Virus record (IMG/VR): IMGVR_UViG_3300042448_002124
Location: 1-54,616 of that record
From: a virus
Taxonomy: Duplodnaviria; Caudoviricetes
Reading direction: 5' to 3' (one strand)
DNA: 54,616 nucleotides
Of this stretch, positions 9,169 through 21,798 are shown in pieces (position 1 is the first letter of the stretch; each line of letters starts with the position of its first letter). The notes beneath the pieces were generated by a model. It did no database searches. It was not told where the DNA came from and worked only from the letters and a program-made list of their open reading frames with translations. The translations under genes and the position numbers were made by a program.

Positions 9169-10919
9169 TGGAAAAGAAACAAATCATATTACCAAATAAA
9201 GAGTACGCAAAGGCACCAGAAAAAGACATACAAACCAAAATAGGTTTAGAATCTTCAGAAGAGTTATTACGTGAAGGTGATCGTAACATACTTTTAGATA
9301 TTGATCAATTATATAATGATGAAAGAAATGAAAGTAAAAAATATAAGATTTATGGAAAATTAAAAATGATTTTCAGAAACTTATATTCAGGATCAACTGG
9401 TTATAGTGATCTTACAAAAACATTATACTTAAATGGTGATGGTGCATCAGGAGATAATCAAGGATTTTTACCTTATAATGAATTCGCTTTTCTTAGACGC
9501 GACTTACAACGCGAAGTAATATCGGTACCAACAGTTAGCACAGGATCAACTATGGGTACCTACGATTCGTCTGGAGTAAGTACGATCGGAACCGGTGGAC
9601 ACATAGACATATCAATAATGGAAGCACCATATTTTAATTGGAATTTTTATTTATCATATGTACATGATAGTGATCCAGAACATTATATTGCATACACACT
9701 AACAGGAGGAACACAAACACCAGTTGGAACAAAGGCAAAACATGGAATCCCAACTAGGGTCTCAGATGAGGGCACATATTACAAGTTAACAACACCAGTT
9801 CCGCATGGAATTAGCGAAAATGAATTTATTCTTATAAGTGGCGCATCACAATATAATACAACGGCTTATTCAATAATGAGAGTTGGAGATGAAATATATG
9901 ATTCAGAAAAATACGTATTAAATATTAATAAAACTGAACTTAGTGGTAGAACATTAAATGGTGTTGTATTAATTAAAAGATGTTTAGATAAAGAAGATGT
10001 TACAGGTACCACTTGTTCATACTATGTTCATAAACATAAAACATTAACTGAAGTTGATGCTTATATTATGGATAAGGCGGGTTTTGAGAGTCCAATATTT
10101 GAAGATGAAAAAAAATTATTATTTGAAAATAGTGTTGGTGAAAATGATGTTTTAGTTGAAAGAAACAGAATGGAATCTGTGATATTTGATTTTAGGGAAC
10201 CATTTGTTTTAACCGGAATAACAAACAACTTGGATTACACACCAAACGAGATTTATTTAACAACAATTTTTAGAAATGGTTCTGGTTATTTTGAATACCC
10301 ACCAAAAGTTGGTTATAAATTTCACCTACATAATTCTTGGGTAGATAATCATTATAGCGGAACTACTGCTAATGAAACAACTATTAGCGGAACCTCTTGG
10401 AATGTAAGTGGAATTACATTTACTAGTGGAAACACCCTACCAACAGGAACAGTATTAACAGGCGCGTTCGTTGAATACGATCACGTTAACATGAAAGAAA
10501 GGGTTATTAGTGAAGCGTTACATAAGATAACTAACCCAGTTAATATTTTTGATTTTAATCAAAACGATTCTGCTTATTATACGAATGTTAATACCTCAAA
10601 TAAATTAGGATTATATTATCAACCACATTATAAAATAAAGTTAAGACAAGAATCGCCTTACATTGAAAGTTCAGATACTAAAAATATTTATAATCTCCCA
10701 GACAATGCTGAATTTTACGAAAAAACAAAAACATGGAGATGGAGAGATATATATGATCACGGTTATGTTGATGATCTTGGATTTGGAACTGATTTTCCAT
10801 TTGTAAATGGTCAACATTATGTGATGTCAGATATTAATTTTTATTTAAGAAATGAATATGCATTTTTAAATAAATCAGACGGAATAAGGGAATTTGGAAA
10901 GAAAAACACAAATTGCTAA
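9168..10919 (+). CDS. Putative virion structural protein
   Basis: 583 aa, TAATG-coupled to both neighbours, T/G/S-rich beta-type composition. Confidence 0.55.
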   Translation: MEKKQIILPNKEYAKAPEKDIQTKIGLESSEELLREGDRNILLDIDQLYNDERNESKKYKIYGKLKMIFRNLYSGSTGYSDLTKTLYLNGDGASGDNQGFLPYNEFAFLRRDLQREVISVPTVSTGSTMGTYDSSGVSTIGTGGHIDISIMEAPYFNWNFYLSYVHDSDPEHYIAYTLTGGTQTPVGTKAKHGIPTRVSDEGTYYKLTTPVPHGISENEFILISGASQYNTTAYSIMRVGDEIYDSEKYVLNINKTELSGRTLNGVVLIKRCLDKEDVTGTTCSYYVHKHKTLTEVDAYIMDKAGFESPIFEDEKKLLFENSVGENDVLVERNRMESVIFDFREPFVLTGITNNLDYTPNEIYLTTIFRNGSGYFEYPPKVGYKFHLHNSWVDNHYSGTTANETTISGTSWNVSGITFTSGNTLPTGTVLTGAFVEYDHVNMKERVISEALHKITNPVNIFDFNQNDSAYYTNVNTSNKLGLYYQPHYKIKLRQESPYIESSDTKNIYNLPDNAEFYEKTKTWRWRDIYDHGYVDDLGFGTDFPFVNGQHYVMSDINFYLRNEYAFLNKSDGIREFGKKNTNC

Positions 10920-11683
10920 TGAAAATATTAACAACAACATCTGATATCAATTTAAACATTTCTGGCGAACAAGATTTTAAAACAAATCTTGGGTGGCATG
11001 AGAATTTTCAAGAGTTTGAAGACAAGGCACTTAGAACAATCATAAATCCTGTTGATAATTATGAAACAACAAGATACATACATGAACCATATACGGGTAT
11101 TACTTCTGGAATTTCCCAATGTGATATTTGGTTTTATTTTTATTTTTTAGATGAAGTTGGTAGTTACATTAAAGGTCTTGACTATAACCTAGTTGGTTTA
11201 TCTCCAAAAGAGAACGCATTAATGTTAAAACAAACGGTAAAAAGTTTTTTTAGGTTAGAATTTTTCACAACACCGTTTAGAGAAAATCAAAAATTGATAT
11301 ACGCTAAAACTTTATCATTACCATTAGGTCAAAAAGTTTTTTTAAGTGATTTGAATGATTTTATTCGTGTACCAGTTTTTACTGGTAACAATTATAGTAA
11401 CACAGAAAATATGTATTTTTTCTGGTTTCAAGATAGTAGCGTATACAGTGGTACAACTTTCTATATGAGTGCTAGGTTTTTTAATGCGGAAGACGGTTCA
11501 GTAATTCCTTTTGTAAATAAAGATGTGTCGGCGACTTCATTTATCGATAAAAATGATCTATATTATCAAATCACGATAGACCAAACAAATCATTCATATA
11601 TTGTTAAACAATACAACGGTTCTGTTGGTAGCAGGAAGGGTTTTAAGAATACACCCATAAACTTTTATGAAATCAGAACATAA
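10919..11683 (+). CDS. Putative virion structural protein
   Basis: ATG at 10919 overlaps the upstream TAA and is preferred over TTG 10913; aromatic-rich, 254 aa. Confidence 0.55.
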   Translation: MKILTTTSDINLNISGEQDFKTNLGWHENFQEFEDKALRTIINPVDNYETTRYIHEPYTGITSGISQCDIWFYFYFLDEVGSYIKGLDYNLVGLSPKENALMLKQTVKSFFRLEFFTTPFRENQKLIYAKTLSLPLGQKVFLSDLNDFIRVPVFTGNNYSNTENMYFFWFQDSSVYSGTTFYMSARFFNAEDGSVIPFVNKDVSATSFIDKNDLYYQITIDQTNHSYIVKQYNGSVGSRKGFKNTPINFYEIRT

Positions 11684-12795
11684 TGAGAACTAAGAAATTT
11701 GAAATATTACGTGAAAATATTGTTAGTGGCTCATTAGTGTCATTGAATAGTCAGAATTGGTATGATAGAGACGGTTCTCTAGTTCCTTGGTCCGGGAGCG
11801 TATATATTGGTCCAAACCAAGGTGATGTTATCTATAACACAAATACCGGTAGTTTTTCGGAAGGTTATTATAAATGGAGCGGAACAACTTGGTCTAATAT
11901 AACTAAACCACAAGCGTATGGTGATAATCAATTACCGTTATTTTTAGAGGTTGATTTAGACGAAATGGGTGTTATGGTGGAATTTGATGGAGAAATTGAA
12001 CAAGTTGAACAACTATGTAATTTTACTTATGCTGGATCAAGCAACACAATCACGGTTTATAACACAGGGAGTACAAATAGATTAAAAAAACTTGTCGACG
12101 CCAACTTCACGGTTGATTGGGGCGACGGATCAATATCTGGCGTTACTTTATTATCAAATGTTTCACACACCTACACCACAACCGGAGAAAAAATAATTAA
12201 ACTTACTATGGATAGTCCATGGTCGGTTGAAAATGTTCAAAAAATTGTTCATATTCCTTTAACTTCTGGTTATACCGGATCAAACCCATTAGGTACACTA
12301 ACATTTAACGTTCCATATACATCTATAACTGGTGTAACACAAGATTACGTTAACGATTATGACAGCAATACGACCGGATACACCGGCACAACAATGTTTA
12401 CAGCAATTGGCACAAGTAGAGTTGATGAATTAAGATTATACGGTTCAACAAACACTTATTCAGGTGTAACTACGGGTACAACCACCATGGATGGTGAAAC
12501 TTACACATATAGTGGATACACATTGGATAACCTGTCTTATCTGGATTTATCCGATGGAACCACATTAATTACAGGTAACACATCAAATTATGACCCTGAA
12601 TTTGTAATCAACACGATGCTTACCAGAAATGAACATTTTCTAGGTTTTATCACCGATCCTATAATATATTCTGATGTTTTTGTTGAGAGAGGCAAACAAG
12701 GTGTAACCGAATATAATTTACGACTTGGCGAAATTGACAATCTTGGTGAATTAGATGTGTACGGAAATGGGTATTTTAAAGTTAGAAAACAATAA
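11683..12795 (+). CDS. Putative virion structural protein with a PKD-like Ig domain
   Basis: FTVDWGDGS...SHTYTTTG is the PKD signature; TAATG coupling. Confidence 0.6.
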   Translation: MRTKKFEILRENIVSGSLVSLNSQNWYDRDGSLVPWSGSVYIGPNQGDVIYNTNTGSFSEGYYKWSGTTWSNITKPQAYGDNQLPLFLEVDLDEMGVMVEFDGEIEQVEQLCNFTYAGSSNTITVYNTGSTNRLKKLVDANFTVDWGDGSISGVTLLSNVSHTYTTTGEKIIKLTMDSPWSVENVQKIVHIPLTSGYTGSNPLGTLTFNVPYTSITGVTQDYVNDYDSNTTGYTGTTMFTAIGTSRVDELRLYGSTNTYSGVTTGTTTMDGETYTYSGYTLDNLSYLDLSDGTTLITGNTSNYDPEFVINTMLTRNEHFLGFITDPIIYSDVFVERGKQGVTEYNLRLGEIDNLGELDVYGNGYFKVRKQ

Positions 12796-12819
12796 AAATT
12801 ATATTTATCATTAAAAGAC

Positions 12820-13725
12820 ATGGCAGTAGGTTCATACGGAATAATTAGACCAGCAGACGTTTCACCAGAAGATGTTGAAATACTGTACCACTATGTGGAA
12901 AATAGGTCAACAGATTCCACTCCAATATTAAAAAAGTTAACTTCTACAGATATTTTAACGCCAGTATTTCACAATAGCAATACCGGAGGTTTAAATGGTA
13001 CTGAAATATTGGGAGGAATGTACAATTTAAAGTTGTTAGCGGAAGATTTTACGGATTTGGGCGTATATACGTTACACATTCGTCCAAAACAAATCAGAGC
13101 AACAATTACTGATTGTGGGATTTTGGCAGCATTACCTTCTGTTAGGGGGTTAGTTATTGACTTAAATGACGTGGCACCTGATGATAGAAACAAATTTATA
13201 CCACAAGGACTTGTTGGTTACAGAATTGAATATATTGACGATAATAACAGAAAAGTACCTAATTTCTATAGATTAGTTACATCGTCTTTTTATTGTGAAC
13301 CAATAACATCTAACTTATCAAATTCTTCACAGAAGTCAATTAGGTATAGATATACTGATACAACGACTAACTTGGTGTTTTTAACATTAACCCCGTCATC
13401 TGCACCTTCAAATAGACCAAATAGCATACCTTTTATCGGTAAACCGACACAAGCAATTATTTTAACGAATACATTTTTCAATCCAACAACAGTTGAAATA
13501 GAAATGGTTGAACATGATGCATCAACTCTTGCTCACGCATTATATGGTAATCAAACTAAAGCGCTTTCTAGTGGTATATACACTGTTTATGGTGACAATA
13601 ATAATATTTACAAACAATTCAACCTTTACGAAGTTAAAGACGAATTTAATGAGACATTATATGAGGTTCGCGAAGAAAGAACTAATATAGATGAGACCTT
13701 AAACTTTGATGATATCACACAATAA
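12820..13725 (+). CDS. Putative baseplate/tail structural protein
   Basis: 301 aa, preceded by TATTTAT at 12802 and coupled to the 2400-aa gene. Confidence 0.55.
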   Translation: MAVGSYGIIRPADVSPEDVEILYHYVENRSTDSTPILKKLTSTDILTPVFHNSNTGGLNGTEILGGMYNLKLLAEDFTDLGVYTLHIRPKQIRATITDCGILAALPSVRGLVIDLNDVAPDDRNKFIPQGLVGYRIEYIDDNNRKVPNFYRLVTSSFYCEPITSNLSNSSQKSIRYRYTDTTTNLVFLTLTPSSAPSNRPNSIPFIGKPTQAIILTNTFFNPTTVEIEMVEHDASTLAHALYGNQTKALSSGIYTVYGDNNNIYKQFNLYEVKDEFNETLYEVREERTNIDETLNFDDITQ

Positions 13726-16700
13726 TGGCAAAAAGGAAAGTACCAAGTCAGGCGGCATCGGGGAATGAAACGTTTTCAGATAGTTTAATCGGAAGTCAAA
13801 TTACCGATGGAACTAGTCAACTGACTAATAGTGTATTTGCCGTTGATAAAGTGATCCCACAAAAAGATGCTAAGTCATTTAAGACAGCGCCTTTTTCTAA
13901 TTTTTTAACTTTAGATGATTTAAAAATTGAAACAGATTCTCCAACTACCGTAACTCAATCTACAGGAGAAAAAAGACCAATTAAGTTTAATGATTCTAAA
14001 AACGATGCTAGTAAATCTTTATTTGGTTCTTTAAGAGAAAGATTTGCTATTTCCACTGGTAGAATTATAAAAAATTTCCCAGCGGTTTTCATGGTTGACC
14101 CAACGTCACCAATCGCATCCTCAATATATTCTGCAGAAAATATTTCATATGACGTTTTAACAGATAGAACAACTTTTACGCTACAAACGTCTATTATTTA
14201 TAATCCATTAGATATTTTATTTATTGCTCCCGTAGTAAATAAAGAAAATGACACGGATAACCAAATAAGAAAATTTTATTCTTCTTATAAAAAATATGTT
14301 TTAGATGTAAATGACAAAACATATCAAATTGTTTCATACAGTGAACCGGATGCTAATAACCAAATAACATTAAAAGTTACAGGTAAACCATTCACTACAA
14401 CAACATACACGGGTTCATACATTGTTAGACCTAATAATGGTGTTGTTGAGGAATTTTATATAGGATTAGATGATTTAGAACAAACACTATTAAATAGAGA
14501 AACATATCCAAAATATAAAGCAGGTTTTCAGGTCCCTAAAGACACTTTAGGTGGCGGAAAAACTGAAATTGTTACAGAATATGCTATATGGCCAATATCT
14601 AAAGACGGTTGGAATATAAAAATAGTTGGTGTTGATTTTGAATCATATATTGATACTGTTAATTCGTTGGCAATTGAAATTGATGATTATAAATCTAATT
14701 TAATTGTTAGATTCTTAACCGCACCACAACTTTTTGAATTTGATACAGAAGATCAGAAGACGAACAAAATCTTTCAACTATATGGTCAAAGTTTTGATAG
14801 GGTAAAAAAATATATTGACAATATTGCATATATGCGTAATGTAAGTTATGACACAATCAACAACTTACCAGATGTTTTTTTAAAAAACCTAGCAAATACA
14901 TTAGGTCTAAATACGGTTAATTTATTCGATCAAAAAACACTAGAAGAACAATTATATAATTTAGGTGGACAAACATACCAAGGTGTGCCAATAGGTAAAA
15001 CTTTGGTTGACGCAGAAATTGAGTTCTATAGAAGAATTTTAGTAAACCTTGCTCACATATACAAATCAAAAGGAACTAGAAGTAGTTTAGAGTTTTTCTT
15101 AAAATTCATCGGCGCACCAGATCCAATGATTAAAGTTGACGAGTTTGTTTATAATGTTACATCAAGTTTACCAACTGGTAGAATTGAAAGTGACATTAAT
15201 GAAGTTATACAAGGTGGTAAAATCACAAAAACATTATCATTTAATCCTGACACATTTAAATACGATATTAATGAACTTGTTGGTGATGATGCTTTTAACG
15301 AAAGAACAGATTTCCCGGTTGATGAAGCAACAGGTTTACCCTCCGCCCCAACAACAAACCAAGATAACATATTTTTCCAAATGGGTGCCGGATGGTATGA
15401 ACAAACATTAGATCATAGAGCGCACGATATATTGGATACTCAAAATTCAATTACAAGTGGGAGAACAAAAACATTAGTAACAAAATCAAAATCATTCACA
15501 TATGGTGAAGATTATTATGACATATACAGAACTATTCCTGGTCTTGATTATGGTTATGATTTAAGAAATGCCATTGATAATGTTAAAGGACAAGTTGTTG
15601 ATGATTTAGACACCGCAAGATTAGTATTAAATAGAAAAAATATAAATGTATTTGTGTCAACAGCAAAAGCCGTTGATTATGATATTTGGAAAAAATCACA
15701 AAACTTAGAATTAACATTTGGAACACTACCAATACAAACAGGTGTTACATACGCACAATTTACTCAAGACCTATTAAGTGAACAAATAAAAAATTCTCAT
15801 ACAATAAAATACAAGAAAAATTATATTGTATTAGAGGAAATTTTTAGAGAATATTATTCACACCCAGGATTTACATCATATGATTTCATTGATGTGTACA
15901 ACTTTGTTGATGTGATGAGTCCGTATTGGACAAACATATTAGATCAGATAATTCCAGCAACAACGTTATGGTTAGGTGGTAATTTAATTGAAAATAATAT
16001 TTTAGGTAGACCAAAGTACCCATACAGATTCCCTTGCCAACCAACTGAGTTCGTAGATAATTTATATCCAGATTTTGAAACAACAATTGAAGAGGATTTA
16101 GAAACCATTCTAGGCGGTGAAGAAAACTTAAGAGGGTTAATTAAATTTAGTGGAATAACATATTCTTTAGTTATTGATATTGACGGTATTGAATATACCG
16201 GAACAACAACTGTTGATTTGTTTGGTGATACTTTATTTGACACATTTACTCCTGGCGCAACATGTACTGATCTAACAACATCATCAACATATGTACCATT
16301 AATATGTGAATATAAAGATTGGATAAATCCAGACATAACAGCAATAAAAACCCAATGGAAAAACGCATTAGCCGATTTGGTTGATGAGATTAACACAACA
16401 TACACTGGATATACTGAAGGTTGTATTCCAACATATGAACCATATAGTGCTGTAACATCTGGTTCAACATGCACCGGATACACACCAATGATTTCTTATG
16501 AAATTTTTACCGATGTTGATGGAATTGAAAAAATTAAATTTTACTCTTATAAAAACGGTTACAGTGATTGCACAATAAAAGATTATATTGACTTCTTTTT
16601 CTTGGCTGATTATATCTACACGCCACCAACGTGTGAATTAGAAGTACACGTAACAGCACCATGTGATGTTTTTGAATCAGGAGAAGAAATTTGTAAATTA

Positions 16701-19700
16701 AAAAGTGATGTTTATATTAACATAAGCGGGGCAACAGGAAACGAAGATGATATCTGGGGAGTGAACATTTTCTATGATTGTGATGAAAATTACAATGACG
16801 GAATAAGTCCAATAGAAATTCAAAGATCTATTTCTGATCCATGTGTTTTTATAATTAAAGATGTGTACGAAGATGGGGATATCAACAATAACCCGATCGA
16901 CTTAATCATAACCGATGCCGCAAACTGCGAACAAAAGTTAAAAATTGAGGGTTTAGATATAAAAATTGAACATGACCCATACCCATTGTCAACATCTGGT
17001 CGTAGCCACACACAATTATTTGAAATTTCGTCAATAGATGGTTCCGGAAATGTTGTTTCCGTAATATCTGGTGTAACATATTGTGATAACTACACAGGAT
17101 TTACTATTACGCCAAAAATACAATATCGACCAACCTTTGATTACGGCATAAAGAAAGGAACTTTTGTGCTAAAAGCCACTGGAAATACTATCAACGTTAA
17201 TACATGGTTAGATGTTCAAGCCGCAATATCGTCTGGAGCAATTAATGAAACATTAATTGAAAATGTAAATAATGGTGATCATTTGTTGTCTGCGGAATTT
17301 TTAGATTGTCCATTCCCTACAACAGATTTTAGAAATGTCCCAATAAGTGGTTACTCTTTTGGGTTTGATTATAAATTAATTGAAATTACAAATATTGATT
17401 GCTTAGGTTCAATTAAAAAACATTTAATCAATAATGAGTTTGAAGTTTTACCGACAACAGAATTAAGAGTTTACAGAGATGGTAAATTTATTAGTGAATT
17501 CCCAGAGAATTTAATTATTAAACCAGAACCACCAATGGAACCTTGTTGCGATGTTGATGAGTCATATTTTAAACAACATGGTGATTATCTTTTAAATCAA
17601 ATAGGATTTCCAATCGAAGTTGAAACAGTTGATTTAGATTACTGTTCTAGAAGTATATTTTACCATATAAATTTTGATGGATCTGGCGACGTTGTTTTAT
17701 TTAACGGAAATACTAATTCTCAATTATTATTATCGTTTACGCAAAATAAATTTAAAAACCTAGATTTTAATTTAGAACAATATCATTCATTTGGACCATG
17801 TATAAATGATTATAATCCTAGAATACATTCTGGTGGTGTATGTAACAACACGCCAGTTGTCACTTGCGGTACACACCATAGCAATGCCACACCTACACCG
17901 ACGCCAACTATCACACCAACAATAACGCCAACCTTTACTATTACACCTACCCAATCTATTACACCAACCGAAACATTAACGCCAACGTTAACTGTTACTC
18001 AATCTATAACACCAACACTTACTATTACACCTACCCAATCTATAACACCAACACTTACTATTACACCTACCCAATCTATAACACCGACACTTACTATTAC
18101 TCCAACACAATCTATTACACCAACCGAAACATTAACACCAACGCTAACATTAACACCTACATTTACAATAACCCCAACGCAATCTATAACACCGACACTT
18201 ACTATTACTCCAACACAATCTATTACACCAACCGAAACATTAACACCAACGCTAACATTAACACCTACATTTACAATAACCCCAACGCAATCTATAACAC
18301 CGACACTTACTATTACTCCAACACAATCTATAACACCAACACTTACTGTTACCCCAACTGAAACACTAACACCGACACTTACTATAACACCAACACTTAC
18401 TATTACACCTACTCAATCTATAACCCCAACATACACTATAACTCCAACATATAGTATAACACCAACTATTACCCCAACATTAACCATAACGCCAACATAT
18501 ACAATTACACCGACGTATAGCATTACACCAACTATTACTCCAACATTAACCATAACACCAACTGAAACACTAACACCTACATTTACTCCAACAGAAACAT
18601 TAACACCAACGTTAACGGTTACACAATCTATTACACCGACTCAAACTATTACACCTACATATACAATCACACCAACAATCACACCGACAGAAACGTTAAC
18701 CCCAACATACACTATAACTCCAACATACACTATAACTCCAACATATAGTATAACCCCAACCATTACACCGACTGAAACATTAACACCAACATATACAATC
18801 ACATCAACACCAACATCAACCGAGACACCAACACTTACACCAACATTAACACCAACGTTAACTATTACTCAATCTATTACACCAACCGAAACATTAACAC
18901 CAACATACACAATTACACCAACAATCACACCAACCGAAACATTAACGCCAACATTTACAATTACACCAACATATACTATAACTCCAACATATAGTATCAC
19001 TCCGACAGTTACACCTACTGTCACTATTACTCAATCTATTACACCAACTCAAACGATAACTCCGACATTAACTTTAACACCTACATATACAATCACACCA
19101 ACAATCACACCGACATTAACTATTACACCAACATATACAATTACTCCAACATATAGCATTACCCCAACTATAACACCAACACAAACTATAACTCCGACAT
19201 TAACTATAACACCTACATATACAATCACACCAACGTTAACAATTACTCAATCTATTACACCAACATATACAATCACACCAACCATTACACCAACTCAAAC
19301 TATAACACCAACTCAAACTATAACACCAACTCAAACTATTACACCTACTGTTACTATCACCCAATCAATCACACCAACTCAAACTATTACACCTACTGTT
19401 ACTGAAACAATAACATTAACACCAACTCAAACTATAACACCAACACAAACAATTACACCAACATTTACGCTAACACCCACATATACATTAACACCAACAA
19501 TAACACCAACTTGTGATTGTCCTGCCGGATTTACATTAACATCTGATGGTAATAGTTGTTATAGGGTTTTAACCACTAGCCCAACAACTATTGCTAATTT
19601 ATATGTTGGCGATGGTGGTGATAACGCATCGTACGGACAATACGGTGTTAAAATTTACAATGTAAACGATTATAACGCTTCAGGTTTCACTATAAGCGGT

Positions 19701-20927
19701 AATTTGGCGTTCTCCGGATTCACAAACGCATTTGATGGTTCTAGCACAACATCTGTTGAAGGATATTGGGCTAGTGTTATGAATAATAATAATGTTTGGG
19801 TTTCCGGTAATGTAAACTGGCCTGGACCATCATCGTTTGCCTATCCAAATTATGTTAGTTTCTGTGCAACATTTACATTGGCAACAACTAAAACATATTA
19901 CATTGGTGTTGCGGGAGACAACGATATTACAATTAAATTAAATTCTGTTACATTAGTTAATCAACCAGACAACCAACCAGTAGATAACTTCAGATTCTAT
20001 CACATATATCCTGTGGTTTTACAAGCAGGACCAAATATTATTGAAATAGAAAACTGGAATAGAAGTAGCGTTGGTTCATTTGTTGCTGAAATTTATGATA
20101 ACACATTATCACAACTTACTTCTGCAACAAATAATACAATGGTAACCAAAGTGTTCACTACTGGTGATTACTTACCTGGAGGACCACTCGCCGGAGAACA
20201 ATTCTGTAGCAACTACAGTTGTCCAGCAACCTATAGTTTAGATTTATCAAACCCAAGCAGCCCAGTTTGTAAAAAAATTGAATACGTTAATTGCGGAACA
20301 ACACCAACCCCAACACCAACCGTTACTATAACCCAATCTATTACACCAACACAAACTATAACTCCGACATTAACAATAACCCCAACTCAAACAATAACCC
20401 CAACACCAACCGTTACTATAACCCAATCAATTACGCCAACTCAAACTATTACTCCAACTATTACGTTAACACCAACTCAAACGATAACTCCGACATTAAC
20501 TATAACACCTACATATACAGTTACACCTACAGTCACACCTTTCTATCAAAACTGTGGATATGGTTGTGAAGCGTATGAAACAGATCAATCTTGTACACCT
20601 TGTGATCCTGCAGGAACTCAAGTAAATATTACCGGTTGTGCTGAGTTTACAGGAAGCAATCAAGTAACAATGACATTATACAGTTCTGTGAACGTTTCCA
20701 CAGATATAACAGTAAATTTTGTTATTGATGGTGATTTCGGTACACATATTGAAAGCAGTTTAGTGATAAGTAGCGGTACCGCATATGTTTCTGGTAACGT
20801 TGGTTCATATGTAAGTTTGGAAATAATTAATAATGCGTATATCGACACAATAACCCCAACGTCTTATGGTTCCCAATCATATGTTCCTGGTACAGTAGCA
20901 TATGGTTCAGGATGCACCCCACCATAA
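13725..20927 (+). CDS. Giant baseplate protein (gp7/P2 gpI-like core) with a ~540-aa Thr-Pro-Thr stalk and a lectin-like domain
   Basis: [14 protein letters not shown]...[19 protein letters not shown] resembles the gpI/gp7 wedge motif; TPT tracts; PA14-like IGVAGDND domain. Confidence 0.62.
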   Translation: MAKRKVPSQAASGNETFSDSLIGSQITDGTSQLTNSVFAVDKVIPQKDAKSFKTAPFSNFLTLDDLKIETDSPTTVTQSTGEKRPIKFNDSKNDASKSLFGSLRERFAISTGRIIKNFPAVFMVDPTSPIASSIYSAENISYDVLTDRTTFTLQTSIIYNPLDILFIAPVVNKENDTDNQIRKFYSSYKKYVLDVNDKTYQIVSYSEPDANNQITLKVTGKPFTTTTYTGSYIVRPNNGVVEEFYIGLDDLEQTLLNRETYPKYKAGFQVPKDTLGGGKTEIVTEYAIWPISKDGWNIKIVGVDFESYIDTVNSLAIEIDDYKSNLIVRFLTAPQLFEFDTEDQKTNKIFQLYGQSFDRVKKYIDNIAYMRNVSYDTINNLPDVFLKNLANTLGLNTVNLFDQKTLEEQLYNLGGQTYQGVPIGKTLVDAEIEFYRRILVNLAHIYKSKGTRSSLEFFLKFIGAPDPMIKVDEFVYNVTSSLPTGRIESDINEVIQGGKITKTLSFNPDTFKYDINELVGDDAFNERTDFPVDEATGLPSAPTTNQDNIFFQMGAGWYEQTLDHRAHDILDTQNSITSGRTKTLVTKSKSFTYGEDYYDIYRTIPGLDYGYDLRNAIDNVKGQVVDDLDTARLVLNRKNINVFVSTAKAVDYDIWKKSQNLELTFGTLPIQTGVTYAQFTQDLLSEQIKNSHTIKYKKNYIVLEEIFREYYSHPGFTSYDFIDVYNFVDVMSPYWTNILDQIIPATTLWLGGNLIENNILGRPKYPYRFPCQPTEFVDNLYPDFETTIEEDLETILGGEENLRGLIKFSGITYSLVIDIDGIEYTGTTTVDLFGDTLFDTFTPGATCTDLTTSSTYVPLICEYKDWINPDITAIKTQWKNALADLVDEINTTYTGYTEGCIPTYEPYSAVTSGSTCTGYTPMISYEIFTDVDGIEKIKFYSYKNGYSDCTIKDYIDFFFLADYIYTPPTCELEVHVTAPCDVFESGEEICKLKSDVYINISGATGNEDDIWGVNIFYDCDENYNDGISPIEIQRSISDPCVFIIKDVYEDGDINNNPIDLIITDAANCEQKLKIEGLDIKIEHDPYPLSTSGRSHTQLFEISSIDGSGNVVSVISGVTYCDNYTGFTITPKIQYRPTFDYGIKKGTFVLKATGNTINVNTWLDVQAAISSGAINETLIENVNNGDHLLSAEFLDCPFPTTDFRNVPISGYSFGFDYKLIEITNIDCLGSIKKHLINNEFEVLPTTELRVYRDGKFISEFPENLIIKPEPPMEPCCDVDESYFKQHGDYLLNQIGFPIEVETVDLDYCSRSIFYHINFDGSGDVVLFNGNTNSQLLLSFTQNKFKNLDFNLEQYHSFGPCINDYNPRIHSGGVCNNTPVVTCGTHHSNATPTPTPTITPTITPTFTITPTQSITPTETLTPTLTVTQSITPTLTITPTQSITPTLTITPTQSITPTLTITPTQSITPTETLTPTLTLTPTFTITPTQSITPTLTITPTQSITPTETLTPTLTLTPTFTITPTQSITPTLTITPTQSITPTLTVTPTETLTPTLTITPTLTITPTQSITPTYTITPTYSITPTITPTLTITPTYTITPTYSITPTITPTLTITPTETLTPTFTPTETLTPTLTVTQSITPTQTITPTYTITPTITPTETLTPTYTITPTYTITPTYSITPTITPTETLTPTYTITSTPTSTETPTLTPTLTPTLTITQSITPTETLTPTYTITPTITPTETLTPTFTITPTYTITPTYSITPTVTPTVTITQSITPTQTITPTLTLTPTYTITPTITPTLTITPTYTITPTYSITPTITPTQTITPTLTITPTYTITPTLTITQSITPTYTITPTITPTQTITPTQTITPTQTITPTVTITQSITPTQTITPTVTETITLTPTQTITPTQTITPTFTLTPTYTLTPTITPTCDCPAGFTLTSDGNSCYRVLTTSPTTIANLYVGDGGDNASYGQYGVKIYNVNDYNASGFTISGNLAFSGFTNAFDGSSTTSVEGYWASVMNNNNVWVSGNVNWPGPSSFAYPNYVSFCATFTLATTKTYYIGVAGDNDITIKLNSVTLVNQPDNQPVDNFRFYHIYPVVLQAGPNIIEIENWNRSSVGSFVAEIYDNTLSQLTSATNNTMVTKVFTTGDYLPGGPLAGEQFCSNYSCPATYSLDLSNPSSPVCKKIEYVNCGTTPTPTPTVTITQSITPTQTITPTLTITPTQTITPTPTVTITQSITPTQTITPTITLTPTQTITPTLTITPTYTVTPTVTPFYQNCGYGCEAYETDQSCTPCDPAGTQVNITGCAEFTGSNQVTMTLYSSVNVSTDITVNFVIDGDFGTHIESSLVISSGTAYVSGNVGSYVSLEIINNAYIDTITPTSYGSQSYVPGTVAYGSGCTPP
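17889..19511 (+). repeat. Coding tandem repeat TPT(x)(T/S)(I/L/V), mostly 18-nt units, ~541 codons
   Basis: Directly visible A/C-rich, G-poor tract. Contains a higher-order 108-nt duplication starting at 18075, 18183 and (partial) 18291. Confidence 0.97.
20298..20540 (+). repeat. Second Thr-Pro-Thr coding repeat in the 2400-aa protein
   Basis: [21 protein letters not shown]... about 81 codons. Confidence 0.95.
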
Positions 20928-20976
20928 TTTTTTTACTATTTACATATAAAAAAATAGATTCGATATTTATGTTAAT

Positions 20977-21795
20977 ATGGCTATATCGCTTAGATTAACT
21001 AACATAACTTGTCCGAATCCGTTCACTTTAGGGTACTCAACGTCACCCTATGGAACGTTTACGAATGTAAGTTATTCTGGATCGACACCAACGGTTATTA
21101 TTGCTCATTCTTTTGAATTTGATACACAGTATTTCATAAAATTAACAGATTCCGTTACGAATAGATATATTATTGAAAACATATATATACACGATAGTAA
21201 AGCGTTTCCTTGTTATGACACGATCGACTTTGATCTGTCAGCACAATGTGTAACAACACCAACACCGACAATCACACCAACACTTACTGTTACCCCAACT
21301 GAAACACTAACACCGACACTTACCGTAACACCAACCCCAACAGTAACTAGTACGGCTGTAGTTCAACCAACACCTACGCCAACACCTACACCAACCGAAA
21401 CTAGTGCGCCACCAACACCTACACCAACAAGTACACCATTAATGTTGGCTATTAATGTTACTAATTCAATTAATGGAACTACTGGAACAATTAATGAGGT
21501 ATTAATACCTGGTTTATTGGATTACCTAACGCCAATTACTCCTGAAGGTCTAATGCTTGATATATTAACGGGTACAACGGAAGCCCAAACAATATCGATA
21601 GCAATTATTAACGCAGAAATATCTAGAACATATACCGTTAGCGTTACGGCTAACGGGCCTACCGGAAGTGGCATAAATAGATCCGCAACAGCGTCACAAT
21701 TTGCTACTTTGGTTTCTTCATTTACCCTAACCCCAACAATAAATTTAACGGGTGTAATAACGTTAAATGTTACATTAGATGTAAATTACCCATAA
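20977..21795 (+). CDS. Putative virion appendage protein with a TPT linker between two beta-rich domains
   Basis: 272 aa, TPT tract at ~21251-21438, TATTTAT 6 nt upstream of the ATG. Confidence 0.6.
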   Translation: MAISLRLTNITCPNPFTLGYSTSPYGTFTNVSYSGSTPTVIIAHSFEFDTQYFIKLTDSVTNRYIIENIYIHDSKAFPCYDTIDFDLSAQCVTTPTPTITPTLTVTPTETLTPTLTVTPTPTVTSTAVVQPTPTPTPTPTETSAPPTPTPTSTPLMLAINVTNSINGTTGTINEVLIPGLLDYLTPITPEGLMLDILTGTTEAQTISIAIINAEISRTYTVSVTANGPTGSGINRSATASQFATLVSSFTLTPTINLTGVITLNVTLDVNYP

Positions 21796-21798
21796 TAA

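Noticed and set aside
17889-19511. CRISPR array or DGR template/variable repeat pair
   Set aside because: Repeats are in-frame, spacer-less and vary mostly at synonymous positions; there is no adenine-specific variant pair and no reverse transcriptase or cas gene in the window.
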